The notes under the pieces: generated by a model | Told to the model about the DNA's origin: nothing | What the model saw: only the letters and a program-made list of their open reading frames with translations | Database searches by the model: none | In this document: one piece after another, positions 29,286 through 37,884 of the stretch | Position numbering within the stretch: the first letter of the stretch is position 1 | Layout of the letters: every line of letters begins with the position of its first letter | NCBI GenBank assembly: GCA_049472355.1 | Contig: JBLIRP010000024.1 | Location: 1-44,152 of the forward strand | Direction: 5' to 3' | DNA from: a bacterium | GTDB taxonomy: Bacteria; SZUA-182; DTGQ01; JAFGSM01 | Length of the DNA stretch: 44,152 bases | Position numbers and translations under genes: made by a program

Positions 29286-29852
29286 TCAGTCGTCCTCTTC
29301 CTCGTTCAGGTCCTCAAATACCTGTCTCCAGAAGTTCCCGATACCCGTGTAGTAGGCATCCATCCCCAGGTCAACGGTAAAGGCCCCCGGGTTATAGAAG
29401 ACATTGAAGGCATTCCCTCCGCTCGACATCGGGGGAAACCCCATAAATCCCGCCTGATTTCCCCATCCCGCCTGATTGGTGAAGGCGTAGGGGAGGGGAT
29501 ATCCTATGGCATTGACGTCCTGCTGACCGTATCCCCTGTTGTAGGCGCCCATGGAGTTTGCATTGTAGGCGTAGGACTGGTTGTAGATATCGAAACCGGT
29601 GTTATAGGGAAGGTATACCCCCATCGCCGGCATGATCGCATAGGGATTGGCGCGGTATTGAGAGCCGGCATAGTTGAATCCGCCCCACCAGTTGTTCTGG
29701 TTTATGGCGACATTGGAGCCCCAGGATGGTATAAGGGGTCCGAAAAACGACATCGCCGGTCCGGCGAGGGCCATCACAAGGATCGCGGCCATACAGATGA
29801 TATGCACGTGGTTTCCAGTGATTTTTCTCATTATGATTGCTCCTTTAACCAT
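29286..29852 (-). CDS. Secreted Gly/Asn/Tyr-rich protein, unknown function
   Basis: Signal peptide ending AMS; low-complexity mature part; acidic tail. Start may be MRKITG (AAGGAG upstream). Confidence 0.75.
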   Translation of the reverse strand: MVKGAIIMRKITGNHVHIICMAAILVMALAGPAMSFFGPLIPSWGSNVAINQNNWWGGFNYAGSQYRANPYAIMPAMGVYLPYNTGFDIYNQSYAYNANSMGAYNRGYGQQDVNAIGYPLPYAFTNQAGWGNQAGFMGFPPMSSGGNAFNVFYNPGAFTVDLGMDAYYTGIGNFWRQVFEDLNEEEDD

Positions 29853-30048
29853 GATTTTGTGTGAAAATTCCTTTGGTTTTTTGTACCCCCTGCGGGCAGA
29901 GGGCTGATGAATGGTTCATCCCGCACCCATACCTCAGGTGCACCGGTTATCCTTAAAGACGAATATCCCGGGAAAATATTACTTTATGCCAGTGCACCGC
30001 ATCCGCCGCCCATTTGAATATACCAGCAATTTCTGATAATTTTTATCC

Positions 30049-31062
30049 ATGACACCATCATTTCATCCCCAACTGGTCAACGGCCCATTTCAGGACCCCG
30101 CCCTGTACATCGATTTCCTGTATCAACGGCGGGGCATGCTCTTCGATCTCGGCGATGTAACCGCGCTTTCTCCCCGTTTCATTCAGAAGATCTCCCATAT
30201 GTTCATCTCCCATACCCATATCGACCACTTCATAGGACTCGACCACGTGCTCAGGCTCCTCTTGGGCCGGGATCACCGGCTCACCATCTTCGGGCCTCCC
30301 ATGATCATCCGGAACGTGGCAGGTAAACTTGCTGCGTATACCTGGAACCTTGTGGAAAACTACCAGAACATGTTTGAGATCCGGGTGGTCGAGGTCCATC
30401 CGGACCATTTGGAACAGGCGATGTTTCGCTGCCGCGAGGTCTTCCGGCAGGAGGACACACCCGAAACCACCCCCTTTTCCGGCCTCCTCATGGATGAAGA
30501 TGCATTCAGGATTCATGCGGTACACCTCGATCACGGCACCCCCTGCCTCGCCTTCTCGCTCGAGGAAAAATTTCACATCAATATCAAGAAGGACCGCTTG
30601 GATGATTGCGGCCTTCCCACCGGCCCCTGGCTGAGCGCATTGAAGGCCGCCCTCAGGGAGGGAAGGCCCGCGGACTACCCCCTTGCCGTAAGCAAGGGAA
30701 AAAGGCCGAACGGTCAGGAGATACACAAAACCCTCGGATGGTTTCGTGAACAGGATGTCTACAGCATTACCCGCGGCCAGAAGATCGTGTACGTGGTTGA
30801 TATTGGATACACCCCGCACAATCTTTCGTTGCTGGTCCCGTTCGCACGGGATGCCGATTACCTGTTCTGCGAGGCCGCCTTTCTTGAGGAAGACAGCGGA
30901 ATCGCCGCGCAAAGGCATCATCTCACGGCGTCTCAGGCTGGTTTGATCGCGCGACAGGCGGGGGCGAGAAGGCTGATCCCGTTCCATTTCTCACCGAGAT
31001 ATCAGGACCGCGCCTCCCTTATTTACAGCGAGGCGGAGCATGCCTTCAAGGGGAAACAATAA
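30049..31062 (+). CDS. Ribonuclease Z-like metallo-beta-lactamase hydrolase
   Basis: SHTHIDHFIG, LDHGTPC, CEAAF, HLTA, PFHFSPRY. Confidence 0.88.
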   Translation: MTPSFHPQLVNGPFQDPALYIDFLYQRRGMLFDLGDVTALSPRFIQKISHMFISHTHIDHFIGLDHVLRLLLGRDHRLTIFGPPMIIRNVAGKLAAYTWNLVENYQNMFEIRVVEVHPDHLEQAMFRCREVFRQEDTPETTPFSGLLMDEDAFRIHAVHLDHGTPCLAFSLEEKFHINIKKDRLDDCGLPTGPWLSALKAALREGRPADYPLAVSKGKRPNGQEIHKTLGWFREQDVYSITRGQKIVYVVDIGYTPHNLSLLVPFARDADYLFCEAAFLEEDSGIAAQRHHLTASQAGLIARQAGARRLIPFHFSPRYQDRASLIYSEAEHAFKGKQ

Positions 31063-31082
31063 CAGGGGGGTGAAACAGCACA

Positions 31083-31106
31083 ACCCGGCCGAGGGATCAG
31101 CCGGGT
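31083..31106. terminator. GC-rich hairpin between convergent genes (possible terminator)
   Basis: acccggc-N10-gccgggt; no clear U tract. Confidence 0.35.
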
Positions 31107-31148
31107 CGGCGGCGACTGTCAGGGGATGAGGCCGCCTCCGAATGAGGA

Positions 31149-32582
31149 TTAAGCCGTGCCCACCTTGAGGGACTTAAGGGCGCTGAAAACACGGCCCTTT
31201 ACATTCTCCCAGAGAACCACAGGATCCTCGATGGATTTCTGCGGGTATGTCTTTTCGATATAGGGAACGGCGATCTTGCCTGCAAGGTCCATCAATTGAT
31301 CATCCTTCATCTTGCTCAGCTCGTCGCGAAGGTACGGCGGCAGCCCCTTGATAAAGTCTATCAACTCGGGCTCAGGCGCCTTGGCCTGAGGCGCTGCAGG
31401 CGCCGGGGCCTTGCTCTCCGTGGCGGGAAGGTTTCTCCTCGCCTCCAGATCCTCTATCTTCTTGCGGATGTCCGAGACGTCCATCCTCTGGGAGGGTGGG
31501 GCTGGTTGCGGAGCCTGATCACTGGACGATGAGCTTTCAAAGGTGGCAATCACATCCTGGATCTCCTTGAGCGATTTACCCCGTTCGCGCCGGACGCTCT
31601 TTGCCGGGTCATCTTTGGCCTGGGAGGCGTCTCCCCCTTCAAGGTCCTTTACTTGGAACGTCCTGCCCCGATCCAGATTCGATGCCATGGCCTGGACCTC
31701 ATCCTCCATCTGCTGTGCGCTCGATTCGGCATCCTGAGCGGCTTCCTCCTCCTCAACAGTCTCTTTCTCCCGTTTGAACATGGAGGAGACCGAACCGGCT
31801 ATCTTGCCGTCAATTATTTTGACCTGATTGGTCTCTCCCGCCTTGAGACAGATCTTGCAGAGTTTGTTGATCAAACGAGGAACACCGCGCGAGTTCTCGT
31901 AAATGGACTGATACACATCATCAGCGAATATATCCGGCGAACCGCCGCATGCAGTGATGCGGTGTTGCACATATTTCTTGACCGCTTCAGGCCCTGACAG
32001 CCCCTTTATGCGGCAATAGACCCCAACCCGCTGGAAAAGGTTCTCCAGGGCCTTGGACTCCAGTTTCTTTCCCAGTTCAGGTTGACCAGCCAGCACGAAT
32101 ATGACCATATTCCTCTGGTCTTCCTGCAGATTGGTCAGGAGGCGGAGGTTATGGAAATTTTCCGTGCTCATCACCTGCGCCTCGTCAATGAATACGACCA
32201 CGGTTTGCCCTTGATTGGAACTTTCAAAGAGGATGGTGTTGAACTCCTCCATGAGTTCATCCTTGTACCGGGTCTCACACTTCTTGTTCATCAACTGCCC
32301 GTTGATCTCCCTCAAGAACTGCACGAGTGAAAGATCCGGGTTGGTGATGAAGGCAATGCGATATTTCTCCGGATCCAGCTCATTGAGAATGACCCGCAGC
32401 CCCAGCGTCTTGCCCGTACCGATGTCTCCGACAATGACCGCCAGACAATCATTTCCTTCCTCGATGGCAAACAGCACCTCGCAGATCGCATCCTCAAGCG
32501 AATTATTCTGGTCCCAGTAAAGCGTCGGATCCGGCACATTGTCAAAAGGAGCCTTGTGCATTCCCCAATATTCGAAGTACAT
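31149..32582 (-). CDS. ExeA/GspA-family AAA ATPase with long C-terminal extension
   Basis: MYFEYWGMHKAPFDNVPDP, GDIGTGKT, FIDEAQ, LRLLTN, LAGQPEL, SRGVPRLINKLC. Confidence 0.9.
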   Translation of the reverse strand: MYFEYWGMHKAPFDNVPDPTLYWDQNNSLEDAICEVLFAIEEGNDCLAVIVGDIGTGKTLGLRVILNELDPEKYRIAFITNPDLSLVQFLREINGQLMNKKCETRYKDELMEEFNTILFESSNQGQTVVVFIDEAQVMSTENFHNLRLLTNLQEDQRNMVIFVLAGQPELGKKLESKALENLFQRVGVYCRIKGLSGPEAVKKYVQHRITACGGSPDIFADDVYQSIYENSRGVPRLINKLCKICLKAGETNQVKIIDGKIAGSVSSMFKREKETVEEEEAAQDAESSAQQMEDEVQAMASNLDRGRTFQVKDLEGGDASQAKDDPAKSVRRERGKSLKEIQDVIATFESSSSSDQAPQPAPPSQRMDVSDIRKKIEDLEARRNLPATESKAPAPAAPQAKAPEPELIDFIKGLPPYLRDELSKMKDDQLMDLAGKIAVPYIEKTYPQKSIEDPVVLWENVKGRVFSALKSLKVGTA

Positions 32583-33334
32583 TAGCCATTCCCCCTTTCA
32601 GAACCCTCCGCCGTGCTTTCGGGATTCAAGATAACTCGCCACCGGCAGCCGATCTTGAGGCCTTTCAGGCTTCCTTCTTTAAGTTGGCGATAGATGGTAT
32701 TTTTTGAGACCTTCAGGGCTTGGGCTGCCTCGTCAGGGGTGAGGTATCCCGACTCCTGGTCCTTATTCCTATTCGATGAACTGTTCTTTCCATCGACCGG
32801 CTGTATGGAAACAAGCATTTTTATTGGTTTTTCCACACCCGAGACAATCTCGAGGGTGAATTGCTTCTTGCCCAACTCAAGAATGCCGCCTTCTTCGTTG
32901 ATCAGTGAAATCAGTGAATCCAACGTATACACGGGCATATTCTGGGCCTGGTCCTCAGGGGGATTCTCCTGCTGCGGGGAATTGTCGTGGCATGGAGAAT
33001 CGTCCTGACATGGAGAATTGTCCTGGCATGAAGGCGGATAAACGGGCTCGGGCGGGGTATATCCCTGTCCCGGTGGAGGGGGTTCCGGTTGGGAAGGCTC
33101 TCTCGATTCCTGGGATAGTTGTTCCGGTCCGGGGAAAGGGAAATCCGGCCTTGGTGGAGGGTCCAATGGTCCGGGAGGCGTATATCCCTCCTGAGGCGGA
33201 AAAACCTCACCTCGGGGAGGATATCCTGCCCCCGCTGGCGGATATGTCGGGTCTGGAGGGGAGTCCGGTCTACGAGTATAATAGGTGGCCTTCTTCTTTT
33301 CCAGGCGCCGGCGTGCAATGCTTATTTTCTCCAT
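32582..33334 (-). CDS. Pro-rich protein with C-terminal excisionase-like HTH (HTH_17)
   Basis: YLTPDEAAQALKVSKNTIYRQLKEGSLKGLKIGCRWRV; stop overlaps the ATPase start (TAATG). Start could be 33355. Confidence 0.82.
   Translation of the reverse strand: MEKISIARRRLEKKKATYYTRRPDSPPDPTYPPAGAGYPPRGEVFPPQEGYTPPGPLDPPPRPDFPFPGPEQLSQESREPSQPEPPPPGQGYTPPEPVYPPSCQDNSPCQDDSPCHDNSPQQENPPEDQAQNMPVYTLDSLISLINEEGGILELGKKQFTLEIVSGVEKPIKMLVSIQPVDGKNSSSNRNKDQESGYLTPDEAAQALKVSKNTIYRQLKEGSLKGLKIGCRWRVILNPESTAEGSERGNG
32976..33029. repeat. Three 18-bp coding tandem repeats (CQDNSP/CQDDSP/CHDNSP)
   Basis: ggggaattgtcgtggcat, ggagaatcgtcctgacat, ggagaattgtcctggcat. Confidence 0.8.
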
Positions 33335-33577
33335 GAGACACTCTCCTTTCCTCATTATCTTTTCATTTCTTAATCGGTATATTCAGTGCATATCTTCATA
33401 CCCATAGAAATGCATTCAAACCCATAGGAAAATCCTGTTTACATAACGGAGGTATGTGTGGATCGACGAGGGCGAATCCGGTGGGTTGTGTAATGCGGTT
33501 CTTGTTACGGGAGGCTGGGGCGGAGTATCGGCGCCGGCGCCGGCAGCTCCTTGTTATCCATTATTCATGAGCCTCAG

Positions 33578-33831
33578 TCACAGTGGCTTAACGCCGACAA
33601 ACACCTGCAGGGGGTATTCGCCTTCTCCCAGAATAAAACGATCGCAGACACCGTTCAGTCTTATCTGCTTGACGTGCAGCCCTTCATTGCTCATGAGAGA
33701 AAGCCATTCCGCTTGTGAAAAGAGGCCCAATATGTGGCGACCGGTATGCATGCTCAGTGTACCTTCCTGCCTGATCAAATGGATTCAGTCCATGCGAGCT
33801 CACCATAACTGAGCCACTTGCTTTTTTGCAT
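33578..33831 (-). pseudogene. Class I SAM methyltransferase remnant with large internal deletion
   Basis: N-terminus MQKSKWLSYGELAWTESI* joined out of frame to a C-terminus LIRQEG...RHILGLFSQAEW...VFVGVKP; no SAM-binding motif left. Confidence 0.55.
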
Positions 33832-33863
33832 TCCCGCCCTTAAGATCGTCGATCGTTTCGGAT

Positions 33864-33923
33864 AGGCCGCTTGGCAGCCCGCAGAGCGACGTTAGGAGCG
33901 GCGAGAGTTGCCAAGTCGGACCT
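33864..33923 (-). other. Degenerate attC-like stem
   Basis: aggccgcttggcagc pairs with gttgccaagTcggAcct with two unpaired bases; R boxes not recognisable. Confidence 0.5.
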
Positions 33924-33962
33924 CATGCGATGGTATACGTATCGAATATTTTATCATTTGAT

Positions 33963-34736
33963 TTAAATCTTTTTCCCTATATAGAATACATAGCCGTAAA
34001 ACTCTTTATATTTATAATACAATTCAGCTTCATGCCGTTGGTTTTCTACGAGTTCTTCGGCAGCTTTATTGCCTGCATATTTTTTCATAAATTTTTCCTG
34101 TGCAGAAACCTGCGGAGCATAAAAATGTTCAATCCAGCAATTTTCAGGCAGCACAAAAGTGGCAATCGGAATATATCCGGCTTTTTCCATTTGTATGACC
34201 TTGTTTGAAATGATGTCTATTTCCGGATAAGCATCTTTCCAGAACTCATCGATTTCGACAGGTCGCTCTTCAGTAAACCACGATGCCTCTGAAACGGCAA
34301 TGAAGGCCCCTGTCTTCAAAAACTTATGCCATTCGTTTATGCCTCGTTCAAACCCGATATTATAGATTGCTCCTTCTGACCAGATTAAGTCTAATTCTTC
34401 ATTCCGAAAAGGAAGGTTGTCCATTGAACCAACAACGCCATTCACTCTATCCTGGAGATTCAATTTCTGGCTATTGACATTGAATAGATCTATAAAGATT
34501 GGAAACAGGTCGATGCCTGTAATATGCCCTGACGTATGATTAGCTATCACCATAGTCTGACCACCGGTTCCACAACCGATATCAGCAATTTTTGATTCAT
34601 TTGTCAGGTTATCAATAAAGCTCAAAGCTTTAATAGTTACTTCGGGGCTCCCAGGCCCTTGTCGTTCCAAGTTCGAAAAATATCCGCAGATTAATTTAAA
34701 ATCGAATTCATGAATTGATTTATTTTGATCGCTCAT
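33963..34736 (-). CDS. Class I SAM-dependent methyltransferase
   Basis: [36 protein letters not shown]. Confidence 0.93.
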   Translation of the reverse strand: MSDQNKSIHEFDFKLICGYFSNLERQGPGSPEVTIKALSFIDNLTNESKIADIGCGTGGQTMVIANHTSGHITGIDLFPIFIDLFNVNSQKLNLQDRVNGVVGSMDNLPFRNEELDLIWSEGAIYNIGFERGINEWHKFLKTGAFIAVSEASWFTEERPVEIDEFWKDAYPEIDIISNKVIQMEKAGYIPIATFVLPENCWIEHFYAPQVSAQEKFMKKYAGNKAAEELVENQRHEAELYYKYKEFYGYVFYIGKKI

Positions 34737-34792
34737 GATTTTTCCCTTATTTTCTCAAAAAGCTTTGTCTTTTCAGGTATCGGAAAAATTCG

Positions 34793-34887
34793 CAATAACG
34801 CAATCATCACCAGCCTTGCGCCTCTAAGGCCGCCCTCGCAATTTCACGGCGGCGGGCAGCAAGGTCAGGGTGCATGCCTTGTTCTCC
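34793..34887 (-). other. attC site
   Basis: caataac...gttctcc; catcacc/agccttgc pairs with gcaaggt/gggtgcatg with bulges; directly after the ORF6N gene stop. Confidence 0.7.
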
Positions 34888-34894
34888 GAAATTA

Positions 34895-35442
34895 TTATTT
34901 CTTTTTGTCGGTATCTATGAAACCTATGGATCTCTTCTTTCCTCTTGGTTTCCGAGTATCTATCAATTTTCGAATTTCACGAACCAATTGGATCAATACC
35001 TCATCATGGTCGCTCACACGCTTCTCCAATTGATCGATTTTCCTTGATAGCTTCTCATTGTCAAAGCCATTTCACGAAGACGAACGAAGGCTCTGACGAT
35101 AAAAATACTCATTTTATTAGCTTGTTCAGAGTTCAGCACATTTGCTGCCTGCAAGGCGCCATGTTCCGTGAAAACCAAAGGAGGCTTTCGTCGGCCGCCC
35201 CAGCCGGAACTTGATATCGCAATTTGCGATTTCAAGTCATCAAATTCTTCTTTTGTCAATTGAAACATGAAATCGGCCGGAAATTTATCAATGTTCCGCC
35301 GCACTTGTTCATTAAGGCGTCTTGTTTCAACACCATACAGTGCTGCAAGGTCGGAATCCAATATGGCCTTTTCTCCACGAATAACCATTATGGTACTTAA
35401 TATTCGTTTTTCTGTGATAAGTTCCTTTGGACCTTCCGGCAT
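34895..35442 (-). pseudogene. ORF6N-domain DNA-binding protein, frameshifted
   Basis: IRGEKAILDSDLAALYGVET, RNIDKFPADFMFQL, FTEHGA; after REMALT (about 35060) another frame continues EKLSRKIDQLE...RSIGF..* to 34895. Confidence 0.8.
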
Positions 35443-35479
35443 TACTCTTCATTCCTTTTTTATCGGGGTTCGTTGGCAG

Positions 35480-35568
35480 TGACCCGCCTGGTGACCCGAC
35501 CACCTGTACCCTATGAATAAAGGAGGTCGCAGCGGGTCACCAGGTCGGGTCAAGTGCTTATGTTGAAC
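35480..35568 (-). other. attC-like site with degenerate R'
   Basis: R'' GTTCAAC on minus strand (35568-35562); tgacccgcctggtgacccg pairs with cgggtcaccaggTcgggtca with one extra T. Confidence 0.6.
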
Positions 35569-35571
35569 CAT

Positions 35572-35613
35572 GGATTAGTTTCGAGCACTCGTTCCTCGAC
35601 TCGGAACTAATCC
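35572..35613. terminator. Hairpin overlapping the higA stop
   Basis: ggattagtttcgag-N14-ctcggaactaatcc, 13/14 complementary. Confidence 0.45.
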
Positions 35614-35918
35614 TTTATTTGTTGGGCGACCGCAGACCAAGGTTTGATTTTCTTTAGCGATGGGCCAAGGATGCTCTCTGCAACCTCTATGTCGTGGGCA
35701 GCCTGGGCTCGTAACCAATAGCCGTTGGATAGGCCAAAAAAACGACACAACCGTAAATCGGTATCAGCTGTGATCGAACGTTTACCTGCGACAATCTCAC
35801 TGATACGCTGAGCGGGAACGCCAATTTCCTTGGCCAAACGGTACTGGCTAAGACCCATGGGTATTAGAAATTCTTCCAAGAGAATTTCTCCGGGAGTAAT
35901 AGGATCAAGATTGCTCAT
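35607..35918 (-). CDS. higA: HigA-family antitoxin
   Basis: PITPGEILLEEFLIPMGLSQYRLAKEIGVPAQRISEIVAGKRSITADTDLRL. Confidence 0.93.
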   Translation of the reverse strand: MSNLDPITPGEILLEEFLIPMGLSQYRLAKEIGVPAQRISEIVAGKRSITADTDLRLCRFFGLSNGYWLRAQAAHDIEVAESILGPSLKKIKPWSAVAQQIKD

Positions 35919-35930
35919 AATAAATTCTCC

Positions 35931-36174
35931 TCAGTGATAATCGACGATTTCCACATTTTCTGCTATCAGTCGGTTACATTTTGTAACCGACTCACTGCCT
36001 TCATTTTTCGAACAGTTTTTCAATACCTTCCAGTAGTTTCGGGCCACCTGATAATCCGGCTGCTGGATCAGAGCCTGAATAATGTCAACCACCAAAAAAT
36101 ACCATGTTTCTGTCTGTTCATCATAATGTCGCCGAATTTTATAGTTTTCAAAACGCCAAGCTATTTTCAGTCAT
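35931..36174 (-). pseudogene. Chimeric remnant: frameshifted BRO-N family N-terminus joined to the last residues of a HigB toxin
   Basis: MTENSLA, frameshift, FENYKIRRHYDEQTETWYFLVVDIIQAL...YWKVLK...EGSESVTKCNRL then AENVEIVDYH* directly upstream of higA. Confidence 0.75.
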
Positions 36175-37135
36175 TGCTATTCTCAACACCGCCAGACGGT
36201 TTTTTGCCTTTGATATCGTAGTTGATAGAATTATCTTCGTAATGCTTCAATTCTCTCTTTAATTCTTTGAGCAATTGTTTTTCCGAAGGAAGATAAAGTT
36301 GATATTTACTTGCCATAATTGTTTTGTTGTTTTCGGGAAGTGTGAATTTTACCACCGCATTGTTTTTATCTGCGCAGAGCAAAACGCCGATAGTCTGATT
36401 TTCTTCCGGCAATTTTTCCATCCGGTCAAAATAGTTTACATACATCTGCAATTGTCCCAAATCCTGATGTGTAAGTTTGGTGGTCTTGATTTCGAACAAT
36501 ACGAAACACCGCAATAGCCGGTTGTAAAAAACCAAATCCACGAAGAACTCATCATCTTCCAAGAGGATTCTCTTTTGTCGAGCTATAAAAGAAAAGCCGT
36601 TCCCCAGTTCCAAAAGAAATTCATGCAGGTGGACAATTATGGCGGTTTCCAGATCCTTCTCATAGTACTCCGGTTTGCGGTGCAAACCGAGAAACTCCAA
36701 AACCATTGGGTCTTTGACAATTTCCTGTGGTGCATCCGGAATTTTTTCACTGCGGGCGACCGCCAGCACCGCTTCCTTGTTGTTACTGAGTAAAAGCCGT
36801 TCATAGAGGCCGGAATTAATCTGACGTTCCAGTTGACGCTTCGTCCAAGCATTTTTTATGGATTCATTCTGGTAATACCCTCGTTTATCGGCGTTTTCGA
36901 TACTCAGCAGCAGACGGTATTGGCTCCAGTTTAATTGCGAATACAGTGTGTTCGCAATTGGATACGTTCGGTAAAACTGGCGACTGATCTCTAAAATCCT
37001 TACCGAAAAGCCGCTCCCAAACTCGGGTTCCAGTTCTTTTGCCAGATTTTTAATCACCTTACATCCGCCACATTTAAGTATCTCGCATTTACCGTCTCCA
37101 CAAATGTCAAAGTTTTCGTTTAAGGAGAATTTCAT
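36167..37135 (-). CDS. YhcG/DUF1016 PD-(D/E)XK nuclease-domain protein with atypical, probably chimeric, N-terminus
   Basis: GSGFS, LNWSQY, KDPMVLEFL, FLLELGNGFSF, DLVFYNRLLRC, EIK, GQLQMYVNY. Confidence 0.88.
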   Translation of the reverse strand: MKFSLNENFDICGDGKCEILKCGGCKVIKNLAKELEPEFGSGFSVRILEISRQFYRTYPIANTLYSQLNWSQYRLLLSIENADKRGYYQNESIKNAWTKRQLERQINSGLYERLLLSNNKEAVLAVARSEKIPDAPQEIVKDPMVLEFLGLHRKPEYYEKDLETAIIVHLHEFLLELGNGFSFIARQKRILLEDDEFFVDLVFYNRLLRCFVLFEIKTTKLTHQDLGQLQMYVNYFDRMEKLPEENQTIGVLLCADKNNAVVKFTLPENNKTIMASKYQLYLPSEKQLLKELKRELKHYEDNSINYDIKGKKPSGGVENSND

Positions 37136-37198
37136 GGTTCCACGCTTACCATTGCAGTTATTGCAGGGAGACTGAAGACTCTTATTAGCTTTTTAACT

Positions 37199-37292
37199 GC
37201 CCAACGAAAAGCTAAGCCGCTTGAAGCCCGAACTGCCTACCCCGAATTACTTTGTGCCCACGGGGGTTTCAAGTCGGCTTTAGTTGTTCGGC
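37199..37292 (-). other. attC site (BrnT/BrnA-like cassette)
   Basis: gcccaac...gttcggc; ctaagccgcttgaagccc pairs with gggtttcaagTcggctttag; R'' matches the cassette start GTTCGGCC at 37823-37816. Confidence 0.85.
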
Positions 37293-37500
37293 CTGTCGAT
37301 TTCTTGGCTATACTAATCAAAGACCGAAGTGCATCATTTATCGCTTCTTCGGAAGAGAACACCTTTGCCACATCAGGGCTTAAAAGTACGAGATTTGTGC
37401 CACTACGGTACGATTCAAGATACTTGCCGCAGACTCCTTTACCAAGGTCTTCACGTTTATACTCAGGACGGAGTTCATCGGATGCTTTAACCTTCCTCAT
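37237..37500 (-). CDS. Putative antitoxin partner of BrnT (BrnA-like)
   Basis: DELRPEY...GTNLVLLSPDVAKVF....INDALRSLI; overlaps the brnT end; C-terminus reads into the attC. Confidence 0.8.
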   Translation of the reverse strand: MRKVKASDELRPEYKREDLGKGVCGKYLESYRSGTNLVLLSPDVAKVFSSEEAINDALRSLISIAKKSTGRTTKADLKPPWAQSNSG

Positions 37501-37756
37501 AGATCACCCTTTCTTTATGTTCCATTGAGCGCGCGCTTATGATTCTTGTTCGATTTTTACGTTCCGTATGAGAGACAACAATGAGTCGTTTCTGCAGGGA
37601 TTGACCAAAAGTCAGTTCCCTTTCTTCATCCATAGAATGATCAGGGTCTTGAAACGTAATTGCCAGAGGATCTCCGAAGACTGTAGACTCTTGGAATGAA
37701 ATCCCGTGTTTTTTGAGGTTTGCTGTAGCCTTCTTTGGGTCCCATTCAAATCTCAT
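37487..37756 (-). CDS. brnT: BrnT-family toxin
   Basis: MRFEWDPKKATANLKKHGISF, DPDHS..EER, RIISAR..ER..YE. Confidence 0.92.
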   Translation of the reverse strand: MRFEWDPKKATANLKKHGISFQESTVFGDPLAITFQDPDHSMDEERELTFGQSLQKRLIVVSHTERKNRTRIISARSMEHKERVIYEEG

Positions 37757-37775
37757 AGTGACCTTCCTGTTAACT

Positions 37776-37784
37776 ATTATACCA
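37776..37784 (-). promoter_or_regulatory. Extended -10 promoter of the TA cassette
   Basis: TGGTATAAT on minus strand about 20 nt upstream of the brnT ATG. Confidence 0.6.
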
Positions 37785-37816
37785 AAATCGGCTTGCGATT
37801 ATAATTAATCATGTTG

Positions 37817-37866
37817 GCCGAACAATTATTAGGTTCTATGACAACCTATTTTACAATATGTTACTT
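37817..37866 (-). other. Short, degenerate attC-like site
   Basis: gccgaac...gttactt with a taggtt/aaccta stem; its R' is confirmed by the next cassette boundary. Confidence 0.5.
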
Positions 37867-37884
37867 GCTTAATGTATCAACAGG

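Noticed and set aside
31149..32582. TniB/TnsC transposon ATPase
   Set aside because: N-terminus is ExeA-type (YW...PF...PDP) and no DDE transposase or transposon ends are adjacent
33441..33559. Intact terminal attC (acataac...gttatcc)
   Set aside because: R-like boxes are present but the inner arms do not pair; at most a relic
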